A stretch of 64,000 bases of DNA from Sphyrna mokarran (GCA_024679065.1 JAGIQG010000009.1:101122001-101186000); one strand, 5' to 3'. Positions 13,011-28,030 are shown, counted from the first letter of the stretch. The notes: a model not told the origin generated them from the letters alone. Program-made: numbers and translations.

Positions 13011-13726
13011 TCTAATCATGTGATAAAAAGTCGAAATGCTCGCTGGTGATCCTATGAGAGCTAACATCATTCACAAATTCTCACGTATTGAATCCTTATT
13101 GCGGAGCAGGCGAGGAAACATGCAGACTCGTTTTTTTTTAAGCAGCAAGTGTATTAACTGCCATTGCCATCGCCGGTGTTCAGAGTTCAGAGTGCAGATT
13201 TTGGTTTATTCTAGGTGAAGTTATGTTTGCTTATTATCGTTTTGTTTTGACATACAGATGCCGTTACAAACAATGTTAAATTGTTACCCAGTTGAGCGTT
13301 TTCTCGAATCTAAAACGTCAGGAGCTTACCGCGAAGGAAATTTCTGACGGTGTCGTTATGCTAGACCAGGAAAACCTCAGAAACTAAGTAACGGGAAGAT
13401 AAGTTCCGTGCGACGTACTATCACGTACTTTAAAAAAAGAAAACTATGTGCGAAGAACTAGCACCACAAAGAAACTTCGTAGACAAATTTGAATGAACAC
13501 CAGGCGAGTTACAGTATCTATTGGTGAGCAATGATTTTGCATGAATGCAGAACCAGGAAGACATAATAGTCGGTCTAAAATTATAACTTAGTTGTTGATC
13601 CGTGCAGCCACATCCAGATGGAAATGGGAATTGGCTTCAAGACTGTGAGTGCATTTAAAAGCACACCAGAGTGAAAGCCACATTGCAAGGTTTAAACAGT
13701 ACCGTGTTTTCTGATTGAGCTCATAT

Positions 13727-14452
13727 TGTTACGGTTCAGGTTGGAACTCCGAAATGTTGTACGGAGTCCACCTGGAACATGAGTTTTGCATTTTGAATTT
13801 GGCATAGATAAACATTATTGCCATCACCTACTGTGGAGCTTATATCAAGCAAAGTTATTTAAGAATATAGTTAATATCTATAGAAAGAAAATTAGCACAA
13901 ACTTCTATCAATTACAAACAAGATACCTGAAGTGACATTATATTGTACAGCACTTAACAAATATATTTAACATATTCGAACGTAAACCAAAATCCCATAT
14001 TGGCTAAAACCTTTGAACAGTTTTAACACAGCAAAAACCAATTCTTTCATGATGCAGGATATTGAATAATTTTGTTGAAATAAGCAGTCTTCTGGATTCG
14101 CTTAGAAAATGTTAACGTCATAATATCTTCCCAGAACCTCAGAGAGAGACGTTCTTTTCAAGATACCATTTCCAGAAAGTTTACTGCAGAAAATAAGACT
14201 CTTTTTCCCCCTTATAAATAACAGAATATCCAAAACAATACCGAGATGGGGAAGCATTTTTTGTTTGTTTTAGCGTTCTGGTACTTCATCAACAGTAACG
14301 TCCCTGAAGCTGTGAGCTAAGATACAACTGAAGCGAAGAGATCTACAGAAATGATGATTGTTTAAAATAGTTTAAAATTTAAAATTTGTTTAAAGAAATA
14401 CTAACTTCACAATACATACGCTCAAATTGTTTACACTCAATACAGTCATGCC
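13727..14452 (-). mobile_element. Probable solo LTR
   Basis: Begins TGTTAC and ends near cagtcatg. Non-coding, with the composition seen in fish and shark LTRs. No TSD confirmed; orientation uncertain. Confidence 0.4.
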
Positions 14453-14859
14453 GAATGTGGACATTTAGTCATTTTACCTCCAGTATCTATACTAAATCTG
14501 TTTTTTTTTACATTGTTTTTAAATTTATTTCCATGGCCCTTGCACTTGATTGTTTACGAATTTCATTCTTCGAACTACTGTGATCTATCAAGTAAAAAAT
14601 TATTATTAATCATTTCCAAACTCTCATAATCCGGGTCGTACCAACACAACAATGTGTGCACACTACTTACAGACATTGCTCATCTCCAGCAAAACGAAAA
14701 ACACATCATCTCCATTTGTCATATGAATGTTGGAAGTTTCCACCTTCAACGCATGATTTACCGTTGTCTGCGAAACAAACTACAACAGGCATATAAAAAC
14801 GATACGATTATGTCACATAATAGGAATTGTGAGGAGTTTAACTAGCACACTCATACCCA

Positions 14860-15190
14860 AATATCTATGCGAAATTTACAAATCAGGAGAATGAAGGAAT
14901 ATATTCCATTTTATTTGATGAATGGACCATCAACATGACCGAACAGACCTCAACAACCCACAAGAAAATCTACAGTCCGCAGCATCAGAGCCCTCGCTAA
15001 CAACATATTCACCACTGATGCACATTTGCAGCCCGTGTGTCATGTGTCCATGATTCACCGCATCAACTCTAATTTCATAGCGTTTTCTAATTCTGCACAG
15101 TTTACTATCGACATAAGAGAATCAGATGACATATGAGATTCCAACAACAGTTCATTTCCCCACTCCTCCTCGTTTTTCACTAGCATGAAT
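14860..15190 (+). mobile_element. Degenerate LINE 3' fragment, same family as 1290-1490
   Basis: aaatcaggagaatgaaggaatatattcca...cattccaccactgatgcac...gtgtgt...catgattcaccgca. Confidence 0.45.
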
Positions 15191-15481
15191 TGTGGTTTGA
15201 CACTGAGCACAAACCAATAAGCTTGGCGTGAGAATCGGAACGTCTGAAATCATATGGTTAATTTATTACAAAACACCTACAGCCAGGTTAAGATTGAAGT
15301 TTACAATAATTTAAACATAACCTTAGTTTCAGACCTAATTGGGGATAAATAGATTCGTGTTCACGTAATTAGTTCAAAATAGTTTCTCGAGAGCAGTGCA
15401 TGAGTAAGTGTGGTAATTTAAAAATCTTTGATCCTTTCGACCAGTTTGTTTAGTCCAATGTTTTACCCCGGTGTCCTTATT

Positions 15482-16219
15482 TGCGATGTGGACAAAGTAC
15501 AAACACAAATAAAGGATCGACAAGTTTATTAACAAAAACATTACTAACCCTTAAATTACCCACATAATGCAAGAGAATGCCCCCAAATCAGATATACTAC
15601 CCGCAAAGATGGTTTGGTTAAAACTGCAGCGTCGATTCTCTGAATCACTCTGGTCTGTCACCACGAAGAGGAGTCTTGATGGCAGCTTCTTCTTCGTTCC
15701 TTCACTAGTCAGTCTTCCGAATGGTGAAGGGTCGCCTCCTTCATCGAGTCTTCTCGAGTCTTCCCCAGTCTTCCCGAGTTTTCCCTGCTGGAGTCTGAAA
15801 GTGTGTTCCATTATCCCCTGCCTGCTTGCCTTTCCAGAAACTTCTCTGGCTTCCGGCCAATGAGGTCCCAGGAGGGGGTTTCAATACCCAGTGTGATTCT
15901 TGATATCTGTCTGACAGGACACCAGGATCCGCTCCCAGGTGTCCATCTCCATGCTGCTGCTTACAGGTAACATGTTATCAGATTAAGCCAACTGCAAGAA
16001 CTCTCGGTGACAGAAAGTCTGGCCCAATCTGGGCTTCTAACAATAGGCTGATGCATTTCAATGGGATGCAATGATCTCCTGTTAAGTACCAGTAGGGTGC
16101 AACGAATTTTGATATGAGGTTGATGAGTAAGACTCAGACAGGTTTGTGAATTGTACAATTGGCCTGCCTGATGTTTGACTGTGATTGATTTTTAATATGC
16201 CCAATTCTTTAATTTAGCA
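15482..16219 (-). mobile_element. Probable solo LTR
   Basis: GC-richer island starting TG and ending CA, with a minus-strand AATAAA near the left end (aagtttattaac). The short ORFs have no recognisable domain. Confidence 0.4.
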
Positions 16220-16959
16220 TATCCAATTTTATCAGCCATAAGTTATATAAAATATCAAATAATATGAATATACGTGGTCTTAATAAACGGCGGAGACAAA
16301 CAAACGCGAACGTATCATTTCCAGACATAGTTTTATCTTGGGATTGCGATTGTTGAGTGAATTCAATGCCAAGGGGGAATTGCCGATTTCTAGACATATT
16401 GCACGCAAGAATGCGAACCACAGATTCGATCGCCAAAATCACAGATAAAATGAATAAGTAGGGATGTATTTGGCAAGATTGTGTTTTTTTTTAACTAAGG
16501 AGAACAGCACTTCAACTGTACCGTGGTAATTTATCTTTTACACAGTACTTCTCGCTTCTTCATTTAAATGTCTTTAATTTACTACAAATTAGTAATCCAA
16601 GTAAACGCCATGTATAAATGCAATAAGTTAGGGGAAGTAAATAGAAGCCAGTAAACTCCTATGTGATCCATAACAAAATCTGCAGTGGCAAGTTCTGCTT
16701 TCGAACTTCAGCCATAATCGGAGATGGAAACACTGAGGCAACGGAGAGGCGAGATTTTAATTAGACAACTGTTCGGGGGCGGGGAGTGTAGTTACCTCAG
16801 GCAAGTTGTTTGGAAAGTGACAGGATCAGCAATTCAAAATATACCACGTAGAAAATTAACTGATCCGAAATTTTCAACAGCCTTAACCTGCGTGTATCTT
16901 TCGTTAATCTTAAAACATGGAAAATGGGCCATTGAGAATAAAGCGCCTGGCGACGTCTA

Positions 16960-17200
16960 AGTTTACGTGGAAGTTTCTTCCAATAGAAAGGTAATAAGGT
17001 AATAATCTCCTTGGTTAAAATAAGTCCGTCTTCAGTGCAATATTGCATATGCAAAGCCAAGGTCTTGTTCCCTGTGTTGGACAGGAACTTTAACATGCAT
17101 GGTAACAACCCAGTTGTGGTTGCCAGCATAGGCACCAATTTTGTAAGCACAAAGAAGGCATCGTCACTCTGAGCAAAGTGGGGAGAAAAGACAAACCATT
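16960..17200 (+). mobile_element. CR1 ORF1 (SGNH esterase domain) remnant
   Basis: Translates as YCICKAKV...NPVVVASIGTN (compare CR1 ORF1 CCLPGARV...PEVVVHIGTND). Confidence 0.55.
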
Positions 17201-18438
17201 GACATCAAATTAGTATTCAACTGATTGTTTGCAGGTACAGATTATCTCAGTGTCATGGCGTAGCGTGATAGGATTGAATGCATGGCTCCTTCATGTTCTC
17301 TTGGATGATCTTCTTTCCCATCGCCACTTGCCCTGTTCTGTCATTTATGTTTTATTTTGCGATTTTATGTTAGTCTTGCTAAGGTTAAGACTATTTCGCA
17401 ACGTGTTACCTGGCCATTTTTTCAGGACAGGGAAAAACTGTTGTCAAAATTTCATAAATGATAGCACTGAGCTCATCTTCTCAGACATCGTCCAATCTTT
17501 AATAAATCAAACCCCCCTTCCTGACTATTTATAGTGATAATTTCTGGATGAATATTTTCTCTCTATTGTTCTGAGGAGTGTATTTATTTACAATTCAAAC
17601 AAATGATAGAGTATATTTGCTAATATAAATTGAAAAATAATAAGTGGATAGTACAAATGATTCACATAGGCGATGTATAGGTTTCAATGCGAATGGGCTT
17701 TATGAATGCTTAGGTTAGGTACGACGGCATGCTGAATTGATTGAAATGCTTTAGTATGCCTTCCAGAGCTTCATGTAAACAGCTACGGGCAAGAGATATT
17801 TTTGCTGTAATATATGTTGTAATTTTCACTGACTGAGATCATTCATGAAAATACGGAATTGTTTCGAAAGACTTACAAAGTTACAGAAATTTAAAAAGGC
17901 TATATATAATACACATAATGTCAGTTTTTGAAAGTTACTTGTGTAATAAATAAAACACAACAAATTAAACTAACAAATAAAATTAAGTAATGGAGATTAC
18001 AATATAGAGTTACAGACGCTAATTACAAAAGTTGATTCCAAATTATCAAAAAAGGTTAAATATCATGAATGAAAATGAAATCTTCTTTCAAACATCACAA
18101 GATAAACAGTTTGTTCTGTGCAAAAAGGCTGAAGGTTTATCATATTCATTCATTGAATCTGTGGTCACTGAATTCAGAGAAATGCAACTGATATGTTTAA
18201 TTACTAATGGGATGAGTGGTTCCATGTCAGTCATTATTGTTTAATCTTGACGCCTTGCAAAACTCATGCAACACCTATTAAGTTTTTTTTTCTCTGCCTT
18301 GTGAATTAGTGTGAATTATTAAGGAACATGACTTGTGATGGGCGTGTGCCCAGAAATTAGCATGAACTGAAATTGGATTAGAATTTTGATCATTTGACTA
18401 ACATGCTTAAAAATTGCAATCTATTTTTGAATATGTAC

Positions 18439-18453
18439 CTAACGCATCATTTT
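18439..18453 (-). CDS. Candidate micro-exon M (15 nt, phase 1-1); ENDAL
   Basis: ttttttgatactgcgtag|AAAATGATGCGTTAG|gtacat. Resembles the start of exon C; weaker donor. Confidence 0.35.
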   Translation of the reverse strand, partial: KMMR

Positions 18454-19650
18454 CTACGCAGTATCAAAAAAATATGTTTGGCTAGCCAAAATTTAGGTGC
18501 GAATGAATCAGTTTAATGGTAGTAAGGATCTATCTTATTTTCAACATTCGTCAAATCTGCGATTGATGTGCATGGGAGAACTGTGGACAATCTTGAAAAT
18601 GCTTTGCAGAAAATCACGAAAGCAGCTTCGACATCCCAATGCAGACCGAATCTCGCCACTCCCGGTATGCGAACAAGTAACATATAAATGAGTTTACCAG
18701 AATCTGATGTACATCAAAACTCCACTCCATTTCAGGTGGGAACAAATGTGCCTGTGGATCACTGTTATAGGATGGCATTTTGGAATTCCTTTCGTATCAG
18801 CACTCTTGTGCACCGGCCATAAATGGACTGCATAAGACGACAAATTGATAACTGATCAATGAGAATTAGGCTAGACTAGATTCCACTCCCCCTGCCACAC
18901 CGCCACCCCGGAACAATATACATAGTTTCATAAAATAATCACAAAATAATAAAAAAAATAGCTAGATGATTCTGGTAGATAGCCACAGTTGTACGTTGAT
19001 ACTCCATACACCCGTATTATTGTGATATCTTACATAGAATAAATTAAGTTGCAAGCAAATGTAAACATCATATTAGTGTGCTACCTGCCAGTGCATTGCA
19101 ACAAGGCGAAGTCGAGGGTGTATATCACCGTTTACCATATCAATTGGTTTGGATGGTCACCAATCATCGTAGCAACACCATGTAGACGTCTTACTGTATC
19201 AGCAAATCTCTGCATCATGTGACAGATTGCAGTCCCAGATTCAAAAGAGACACTAGCTCTATATAATATAATGCATCAAAAACAATACTCTTGATAGAAT
19301 GAAAATAATGCAATGCTGCTTTCCAACACATATTACTTTTCAGTTATTCCTCAATGAAAATGATTCACAGAAAACTGTCCATCATTTTTCAGAAATACAT
19401 GATAATATGAGATGGGCAACAGGCAATGGAAAAACTGCCTTTCCCTCATATATCAGTGATCATTGTACAAATAGAGGCTAAGTTGCATCATAGATATTTT
19501 GCTAACCAACTAAATGTTAATGTACTTCATTTTATCATTGTGCTATGATAGTAAATGTGAATCATTGTATGTATTCTATTGTGGCAAAAGTAACTGTTGC
19601 AATGGTTAAATCAACAATGTTGGTTGATTGCAATATCTTCAGCAACTTAC

Positions 19651-19677
19651 CATCCTTTGTGGTCTTGAAACGATCCA
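19651..19677 (-). CDS. Micro-exon L (27 nt, phase 1-1); VDRFKTTKD
   Basis: ttttcatttattttattccgtatag|TGGATCGTTTCAAGACCACAAAGGATG|gtaagt. Consensus donor. Confidence 0.78.
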
Positions 19678-22600
19678 CTATACGGAATAAAATAAATGAA
19701 AACAAGTATTAGCTGATGTTTTCTGATTCGTGAAGCATGAGAACAGCACAATTTTGGAAGTATTTAACATTTTCACTATTAATTGTCACCTTCAATTTTA
19801 TGACGAAAAACATTTTCACGCGCGATAAACATCATCATTCCTGCGTCTTCAGAATATTGTGTAATTGTCCACCTATATGGGGGAATGCTATAAATTTGCT
19901 GGCTACATCTATTCGTTCATCTACTGTACAGAATAAAATAAACACACCAACAACTATTTTCAGCCTGCAATAGTAAAGAAATGCATGATCCAAGCAAAAA
20001 AAAAATCGTATGCCCAGTTATCAGGGTTCAGAGCATTGTTGTATTTTAAAGGTATCAATATGTATATTTATTTGTTATATAAGTGATAATTATTGCAGGC
20101 TGTTTTAAAAGTTGATCATGTTTTTGATGGTGACGTCATTAGTATGTCTGTGGGTGTCGTCTTTTTCTTCCTGGGTTTTGTTCTTGAAGCAGCACAAAGA
20201 GCAACTTATTAATAAAACCTGGTATGTGTTGATTGAACCTACATGTGCAAACTAAGTTTTCATGTTTTCTGTTAAATCCCACAACGCCTAACATAGTTTC
20301 GACATTGCAGAAGAAAACTAGCAGCAAGTCGGAAATTTAATTCGTCTGAACAACATTAAAAATAAAGATCTTTTGGTTATTCAAACTCCAAATATTATAA
20401 GACTAGCAAAAAAGTCAACAACAAGGTTAAAGATGCACGGGCCAATTCCGGGAAAACAAATATGACATAAGCAATATGTGTGACTTTAAAAGAGTTTTTT
20501 TTATAAACAAAGAGAGGTGTCAATCAAGACAACACTTGGCATCTAAGGAAAGGAAAGATGTTTTGTTGTCAAACAGAGATCGATTAAATCAATATAATAA
20601 AGTCAACGACTCAAGGATAAAAATAAGATTTTCCAGGAAGATAATAAAATCATATAGAATGGATAATCTCCTGTGGCTGTTGCCTGCAAGAGAAAATTCT
20701 TGTCAATTAGTATTAATGTAGCCTTGCAATGATTGAAATAAAAAAAAAGTATGATTTATTAAACTTGCTCTGGGATTCCCTCGTTGACTGGACTACGTTC
20801 ACACATTACTGGCACACGTGCTGATGTTTTACGTCTTATGGGCAGCTGCCAAATTGTGGACACTCAGTACAGAACCAAGTTGGGAACTGTCTTTTGAAGA
20901 TTGTCTCAAAGACGCTACTGTACTTAAAGTCAAAGTGCGCTCAGTAAATTGAATCATTGTGTTCACTGGGCGACTGTTTTCGTCATTTCATATAATTGAA
21001 TAACAATTCAAAATTAAATGTTTGCACCATTTTTTTTTATTTGGTTGCACAATGGCATGTAATGTCTTTAACTTGCTGCTGGCTCGATCCATACAGCAAA
21101 GCCAGGAACCAAAAATCACAATGACTTGAGAGCAATCCTTGAAGAGTATTACTCATCAAACTGACTGATCATCATGCAAAAAAAAAAAATCAGTTTCCAC
21201 TGACGGAATCCAGTGAATGGTGAAATAATTGTTTCGTTGGCATCTTCAGAAAGACTGCCACAGTATTATATATTGGGTTGGATATGAGAAGATTCTATTT
21301 AAAATCATCAAGTTTGTGATTTCTAAAATGACGTTATCCAGAAGAGTGCTTCCTTTGCATACGTTGACTTTAATACAGCAGTGGAAACTCGAGTGTTGAT
21401 TGAACTATATGCTAAAGAGCCTTTGCAATTTGATTCGGCAAAGTCGGGGATTGCCCATAAGATATCAAAACAGCAGGAAACATGTTACAGACGTATGAGA
21501 ATGGCCAGTCAGCGAGTGACTGCGACAGCAGCGATAACCAATGTAATTAAGTTACGTTTCAGAAGTTGTTGTTATGGAACAGGTCTTTTTAAGGGAATAT
21601 TCAGAAGAAAAACCTTGGTACCATCAAGAAACAGATCAAGTCTTATTTTATTAAAATTATGCAATAAAATAAATTTGACTGTGAAGAGGAAAATGTCTAG
21701 AATCCTTTTTTTGAAGACATCCGACTGAACATTTTATCCACACCATTGAGCGGTTTTGCTTGATTAGAACGTTAAGACATTTAAGGTTGAAAGACATCCT
21801 GGTATAGTATTCACGAATGAGTGCACACAGATTTTTTTTAGTGCTACGGTCTGAATGTTCAGATTAAAGAAAATGTGATGTAGTGGTAATTCTGTGCAAG
21901 AATAAAAAACACACTACTGATGCCCTCTGTTCAGGTTTACAAATGACGTAATTTATCATAGGAATGATTAAACATTTTTCCTGCTCTGCTTGAGGCTTGC
22001 ATTTCCTTAACTATGATAGAAACTGACTCGAAGAGAGCAGAGGTTGACCTGGTTTGATTTGATTTTTGGTTTGCTTCATTAACGTGACATGCACCGGGAT
22101 GCAATAGTTCAGTTTTCCTTGTGCACTATACAAGCAAAGCATTTTTAAAGTTACAAAGCCAGTGCATAAATTGCACAGGGCAATCCTAAAGCTACCGCTT
22201 GCTTGTTTCAAGCACGCCAAACATACGGTTCATAATGTACGTAAGAGAAATAGAAAATTGATAGGTTGCAGAATATAGTGCAGCAGGAACAATAGGGAGA
22301 AGGAAAGAATCAGCTTAACATATGATAAGACTATGCAAAAGTATTTTGGTAGCCAAGAAGAAAAGATCCTTGAATTTTTCATACCAGTTTTCAGACGTGT
22401 GTTTTTTTTTCGACGCAAGAGTTACAACTGTGTATGTTCGGGGTATGTGGGCCATTAATTGTGCTGTCTGCTTTCCCGATGCGGGCAAGAAGTCTAGATG
22501 GAGTGAATAGATGCATGTTTGCTTTGTGTTGAACAGGTGTGTTCAGAACTTTTACAGATTATCCCAGTCTTGTTCAGAGCGATAGCAAAAGTCATTGAGA

Positions 22601-23249
22601 GTTCTGTAATATATCCAAATAGGATGTGTTCTAAGTTGCTATCGTAAAAGTGACGAGAGTTCTTGTGCACATGCCTGATTTCCTTCGTCTTCTGAGAGAG
22701 CAAATGCCTTGGTGTTCTTTGTTAACGACGTGAAAGATTTAGGACGTACAATTGGTGATCTAACACTTCAGAGCGTGAAGTTCTCGGCCACCGTCAAATC
22801 AGCACCACTGATAAAGACGAGGCTATTTTCCTGAAGTGAATGCCTAGTTCCTTCGGTTTAGTGAATTTGAGAGAGAGATTATTTTTGTAGCAGCATTTTA
22901 TCAACTTATCGATGTTTCCCACGTTCTTTCTTTTTGTTGCTTCAGGTCCGACTTAATAGATTGGTGCATTAGCAAACTTGAAAAGTGAACTGGATATAAT
23001 TTGGTCATATAGTGTAAAATGAGTGTAGTAAGAGGCTCAATATACAACATTCAGGTGTACCGGTGCTAAGCATAATCATGGAGAAGAGGTTTGCCTACCT
23101 TTATTGACTGCCACCTATATGTTAGGCAGTCGAGCATAAAGTCGCAGGCGGAGGAGTAGGGATCTACGCAGTTCTATGGAAATAGATTATGTAATCATCG
23201 TTTGGAAGGCTCTGTTATCGTTAATGAAAAGGAATCTGCCGTAAGTGGC

Positions 23250-25290
23250 CTTGCTATACAGTATTCCAGCGTTGAATACAGGGTCAAAGAGATAACAAAG
23301 AACAAAGACAGATTGCAGTAATAGGCAAACAGGCAGTCTGAAAGATTGGGTGCGACATGACTAACCTTTCAAAGCATATCATAATTATGGAATCAGAGCG
23401 AACTGTGCATAGTCATTCAGGCATGCTGTCTGGCTTTTCTTTGGTACTGGGATGATTTTCATGTTCATGAAACCCACTAGGTATTCCACTTAGGAGAAAG
23501 TGCTAGGCTGTGGACCCCACGAAAATCAGTCGATTTGCATGGGTTAAAATTCAAGAAGGCCATTCTAACGTACGCGATGGTGACCCTAGATAGAAATGTG
23601 TACGACGATTTCGGTGGATTACGCCCTTTCAATGACCCGAACTCAAAAGGAACATATAATGTTCGTCATCAGTGGTGCCGCCGATTTTATTTGTCTTCAC
23701 GTTGTAGCCTGTTATATTATGTAGACCTTGCGACATCCGACATGTGTTTACGTGGTTAACCTGGGATTCTATCTTGGTTTCTTATTGCCTCTTGGCAGCA
23801 CTGATATTTCTCCGTAGGTCATATCTGTAATTATTCGATAGGTCAGAGCCACCTGATTAAACGCTGTAGTTCTGGACTTCAGTAGGGTGGAAACAGACAC
23901 TGTTTCTGGTCAGGAATCGTTCAGGTTACCTTGTTTAGTACAATCTTCTACACAATTATTGATTAATTGTGTTATTCTAGTGGCATACTCATTTAGGTTG
24001 ATCAAATAATTCTTAATGTTGAGTGTTTACCAGAGGGCTGATTCAAAGCCATCTCTTTGAAGGTCACCCTTTGCCTCCGACAAACATCACATTACTCTAA
24101 TGATCAGACTCTGCTGATAAACTGGGAGAAGGAGTGCAATCCTGTGGTCTGAGTTGCCGTATCGACGACCGGCGACAGAGAAATAGGCATGCTTGATTTG
24201 TATGCAGCCAGGTGGCTAGTGTTGTTTCTGCCTTTGGTGGGAAGGATGACATGTTGATATTTTCCTGGTCAGCCACTCAAGGGATTGACCTGGCCGAAGT
24301 CAACAGCCATGATGAACAAGGCCTCGGGATGTAACGTCTCAATGCCATTTGTAGTGGTACCTATTTCATCAAGTGCAGACTTGATGTGGTTGGATGCAAT
24401 CAAGTGTCTGTGTAGCAGAGATGAACAGCGCAACAGGTACAAGGTGCAGCTTGTCATTGTAAGGTAGTCTCTCTCTGGGCACTATAACTAGACAGTTTTG
24501 ACAGGTTTTAACACAGGGAGGTGCTCATTGAAAGGAAGCAGACCTCAACTTCTATAAGGATGTCATAGAGTCCATCCACAGAATTGAGAAACCCCAATTT
24601 TAGGGAAGAGTCAGGTGAAGCAGCATTGAGCCATGTCAGCGAAAAAGAGAACATACAACAGTCTCTGTGTTCTCTTTGAAAGGTGAGCCTGGTTTTGAGT
24701 TCATCTACCTTGTTGTGAAGAGATTGAACATTTGCCAGATGTCAGCTGTGGAGGGAGATTTTTGGATCACGTAATACCAATCACATTCGCAGTTTTGTGC
24801 GATGCCCACGCTTATTGGATGAGTGGCTGCTTCTGACTGTGTCTGGAAGTTGGTGCAAATAGTCTACGATGCCAACGATAAAGTTCTGATCGAGTTCTGC
24901 ATTTCTGAATTTCTATTTTAAAGATTGTCTCATTTCTGTTCAGTGAGCGCATCGACGTCTGGATCCCATGTGATCCAAGAAGAGAGTCGAATTGGTCGGA
25001 AGCCAGTGTTTGAGTAACAGTTTTATTGCCATTATTGCAGTTGATGTGGTAACAGTCGGATCTATGCCCTTGGATGTCGCATGTTGCTGATTGGTTTCGA
25101 TTGACTTAGGATGTCAGAGAATGTCCAGAACACATTCTGACGTGAATGGATCGGAGGCTGATAATAGAATAGGGTATCTGATCTCATGGTCACATATGAG
25201 CCAGTGGTCGATTCGAGGTGTTCGGGCTTTCAGTGTCAATGTCCGTCTGCCAGTCTGCCATTCAGAGATTGGAGGATTGTCAGGCCTATA
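23250..25290 (-). mobile_element. Decayed Rex1/Babar-type LINE (endonuclease region and flanks)
   Basis: ORF 24269-24457 reads SALDEIGTTTNGIETLHPEALFIMAVDFGQVN, matching the APE motif LETxHPEALFIVAGDFNQANL. Confidence 0.65.
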
Positions 25291-26809
25291 TATTACACAT
25301 ACATATATTATATAGTATGTTAAATCACAATTAAACAATGCGAATTGAGTTTCAAGAATGTGTGTCAAGTATTAGATGTGAAGAAAGAGGGAATGCTTGG
25401 CGCCTTCAAGAAGTGGCAAATTTCCGATTGGACTGGGTGGATGCCAGTGAGATGAAGGCCCTGTATCTGCAGCTCTCGCCGGCCCTCAGGCCCACGTGGC
25501 CACTTTCTTTTGTGGAGCCTTCGGAGTGCAGAGGATCAACAAATCTGCAAGTGAAATAGAGAGAGCATTAATAGACTGTTTAAAAGAATTAGAAACACAG
25601 AACGGTTACAAAAATGAAGTTAAAGGGTACTAGGGACAGTATATCAGAAATCGCAAGAAATCGCCTCACTCTAGCATCATTATTATGCTGGTATCAAGCT
25701 GCCATCATGATATCTAGTACAACTGAACAAACCATTGGAAAACTTGATGAAATATTTAAATTGTTAGACCAGAAGAGATTGTCAGCATTAATGGCACACA
25801 GTATTCTTCACAAATATTTGAATATTATTTCAAAGCAAATAGTATTCAGCATTTTACAAATGCAGCTCATCCTCCATTAATCAACAGTTCAGCTGAAAGA
25901 ATCGTACAATTCTTGAAACATTCTTTCCAAGCTTCAGAAAAAAAACAAAGTTTGTGATATTGCTGTGTGATTAACTTTTTTATTTCATTTTTAGAAGCAA
26001 AACTTGTGCAATCAGCCAAAATTTGCCTGCATTACTGAATTTAGACTGAAAGTTGATACCTACGTTTGTTTTGCTATTACCTCCAAAACCTTCTTGAGAT
26101 AGCAGAACATCAACAATAAGTTCAAGTTACTAGATGAGAGGTGAAGTTGAAATGGCGCTCATTTCAATAAGGGAACGAATTTGTATCGCGTAATCGTGCT
26201 AGGAGTGAGAAATAGACAAAGCAAAAACAGGTTGGATTTCTTACAACGTTCAAACTGATAATGAGGAACTTAAGCGATGCTGACTAATTGTTGTCATCTC
26301 CAAATTTTTTTTTTCTGAATCATCTCCATAATTAGCAACTTGTTTAACTCCAATTGTTGAAAACGCTACTATGGGAGATTTAGTTCACTCTGACTTGTCT
26401 GATGATTGTATTTACGCAACCACGTCAAGTGGAAAAATGCTTTGTCCTTCAATAAAATATATTGTGTGCTTGTTTGAATCTATGTGTGCAAATCAAGTAT
26501 CTTGGGGAACAGGAAATGCAGACTGACCTCAATTTAAAGCATTACTGTGTTTGTTTTTGGTAATGTTTCTCCATTATTTGAAATCATACACAACTTGGAT
26601 ACTTCAACAGCAAAAATGGAGCTTAGATAGCAACTTTCATGAACTCCACACTTTTTACAATGTTGAAATTTTAATGACATAAATAGTTTTAAGTTGTTTG
26701 AATGTAAAGTTATGAAGTTTTGAGACATCGATTAAGTCCACTTACGAAATGTTAGCATTGTCATATTTTAAAATACGCTTTACGTAATATCGAAGTGATA
26801 TAGTTATAC

Positions 26810-26836
26810 CTATTTCATTTTGAAGTTTCCTGATTT
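26810..26836 (-). CDS. Micro-exon K (27 nt, phase 1-1); EIRKLQNEI
   Basis: ttctatttttcatcttgctttcag|AAATCAGGAAACTTCAAAATGAAATAG|gtataa. Very strong acceptor, heptad-like peptide. Confidence 0.78.
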   Translation of the reverse strand, partial: KSGNFKMK

Positions 26837-27458
26837 CTGAAAGCAAGATGAAAAATAGAATTTCAATGAACATATGAATTTTAAAAATTATATTGACACT
26901 TTATTTTTAAAATGAGAGTTCCCTTGTTTGTGAAAGAATGTTTACGTTTCGGGTACGACTGTCGTCAGGCAATATTAACTGATAACGTAACCATTCATGA
27001 AAACAATGAAATTGAACATCGAATTCCGCGAAAAAAAACCTGCACGTTCCGCGGACCAGCAAAAATCGACACGCATCCTGGTGTTCAAAAGCTGGTTAAT
27101 GTCTGTATAAAACGCGAACATCCATGAATGCAGGGCAAATCAGAGTGTCGGGGCTACTGGTACTTTTGAAGCAGTGAATAAAAGATAAAAAAAATGTCAA
27201 ATAGCACAAAACTGCAGGCTGCTTGATGAATACTGCACATTGGCCCAACAAAATGTTTGTCAATTACAACATTGTTTTCCTTTTTTAAGACACTCTCCAT
27301 ATGTGTGACTGTCTTTCCACTCGGTTTCTGTTAGTTCCAAAATTGGCATATGTCTTTCTTCTCTGAATGGCACTCCTTTCTAGTCCAAATGTTTTGTATT
27401 AATTGGATGATTTCTTACTGTTTGATGTGTCTATAACTGCTAATCTCTATAATGGGGA

Positions 27459-27590
27459 ATAGAACATAGATCATAGAACATTACAGCACAGAACAGGCCC
27501 TTCGGCCTTCGATGTTGTGCCGACCAAAATAAAAAGCAATGCCCCTCCAAACTAAACCATTCCCTTCTCTTCCATATACTTATCAATTAA
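27459..27590 (-). mobile_element. Young CR1, extreme 5'-truncated copy (about 130 bp)
   Basis: Near-identical to the reverse complement of the 3' end of the 54737-56140 copy, including the (catagaa)n tail. Confidence 0.92.
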
Positions 27591-27669
27591 TCCTGTAGAA
27601 TGTCATCCTGTAGAATACCTTTGAAATATCTGTGACTTCTAAATCCGTTACTAGATGTCATGCCGTAGA

Positions 27670-28030
27670 AGCATAGAATCGAAGAATCTTACAGATATAC
27701 TGCCGATAAGGTCCTTTGGCCCATTGATTCAGTGCCGACACATAAAGAAAAAGCACCGGTCTTCCCACCTAATCCCATTTATCAATAATTGGCACTTAGC
27801 CTTGAACAATAAGATATGCCAAATATTCATCCAGTTTTTTTTAAGGGCATGCTGCAATCGCCTCACGAAACCTCGAGTAATACATTCCAGAACGTCGCAA
27901 CCGAGGGGGTTATATTTTTCCGAGGGGGGAAAAATATCCTCACATCCCCCAAAGTGTTCTTCTCCGCATCTTGAACATATATCACAATATCTTATCTCAG
28001 TTGTGGCATCGCTACCCTCACGCTGCATAT
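27670..28030 (-). mobile_element. Old CR1 3' fragment
   Basis: catagaatc...ggtcctttggcccatt...cattccagaacg...gaggggg tail/ORF2-end pattern. Confidence 0.5.

Noticed and set aside
26837-26860. SRRM4-type UGC enhancer upstream of the micro-exons (neural microexon program)
   Set aside because: UGC is close to the acceptor in only a few exons (e.g. K) and is not consistent across the array.
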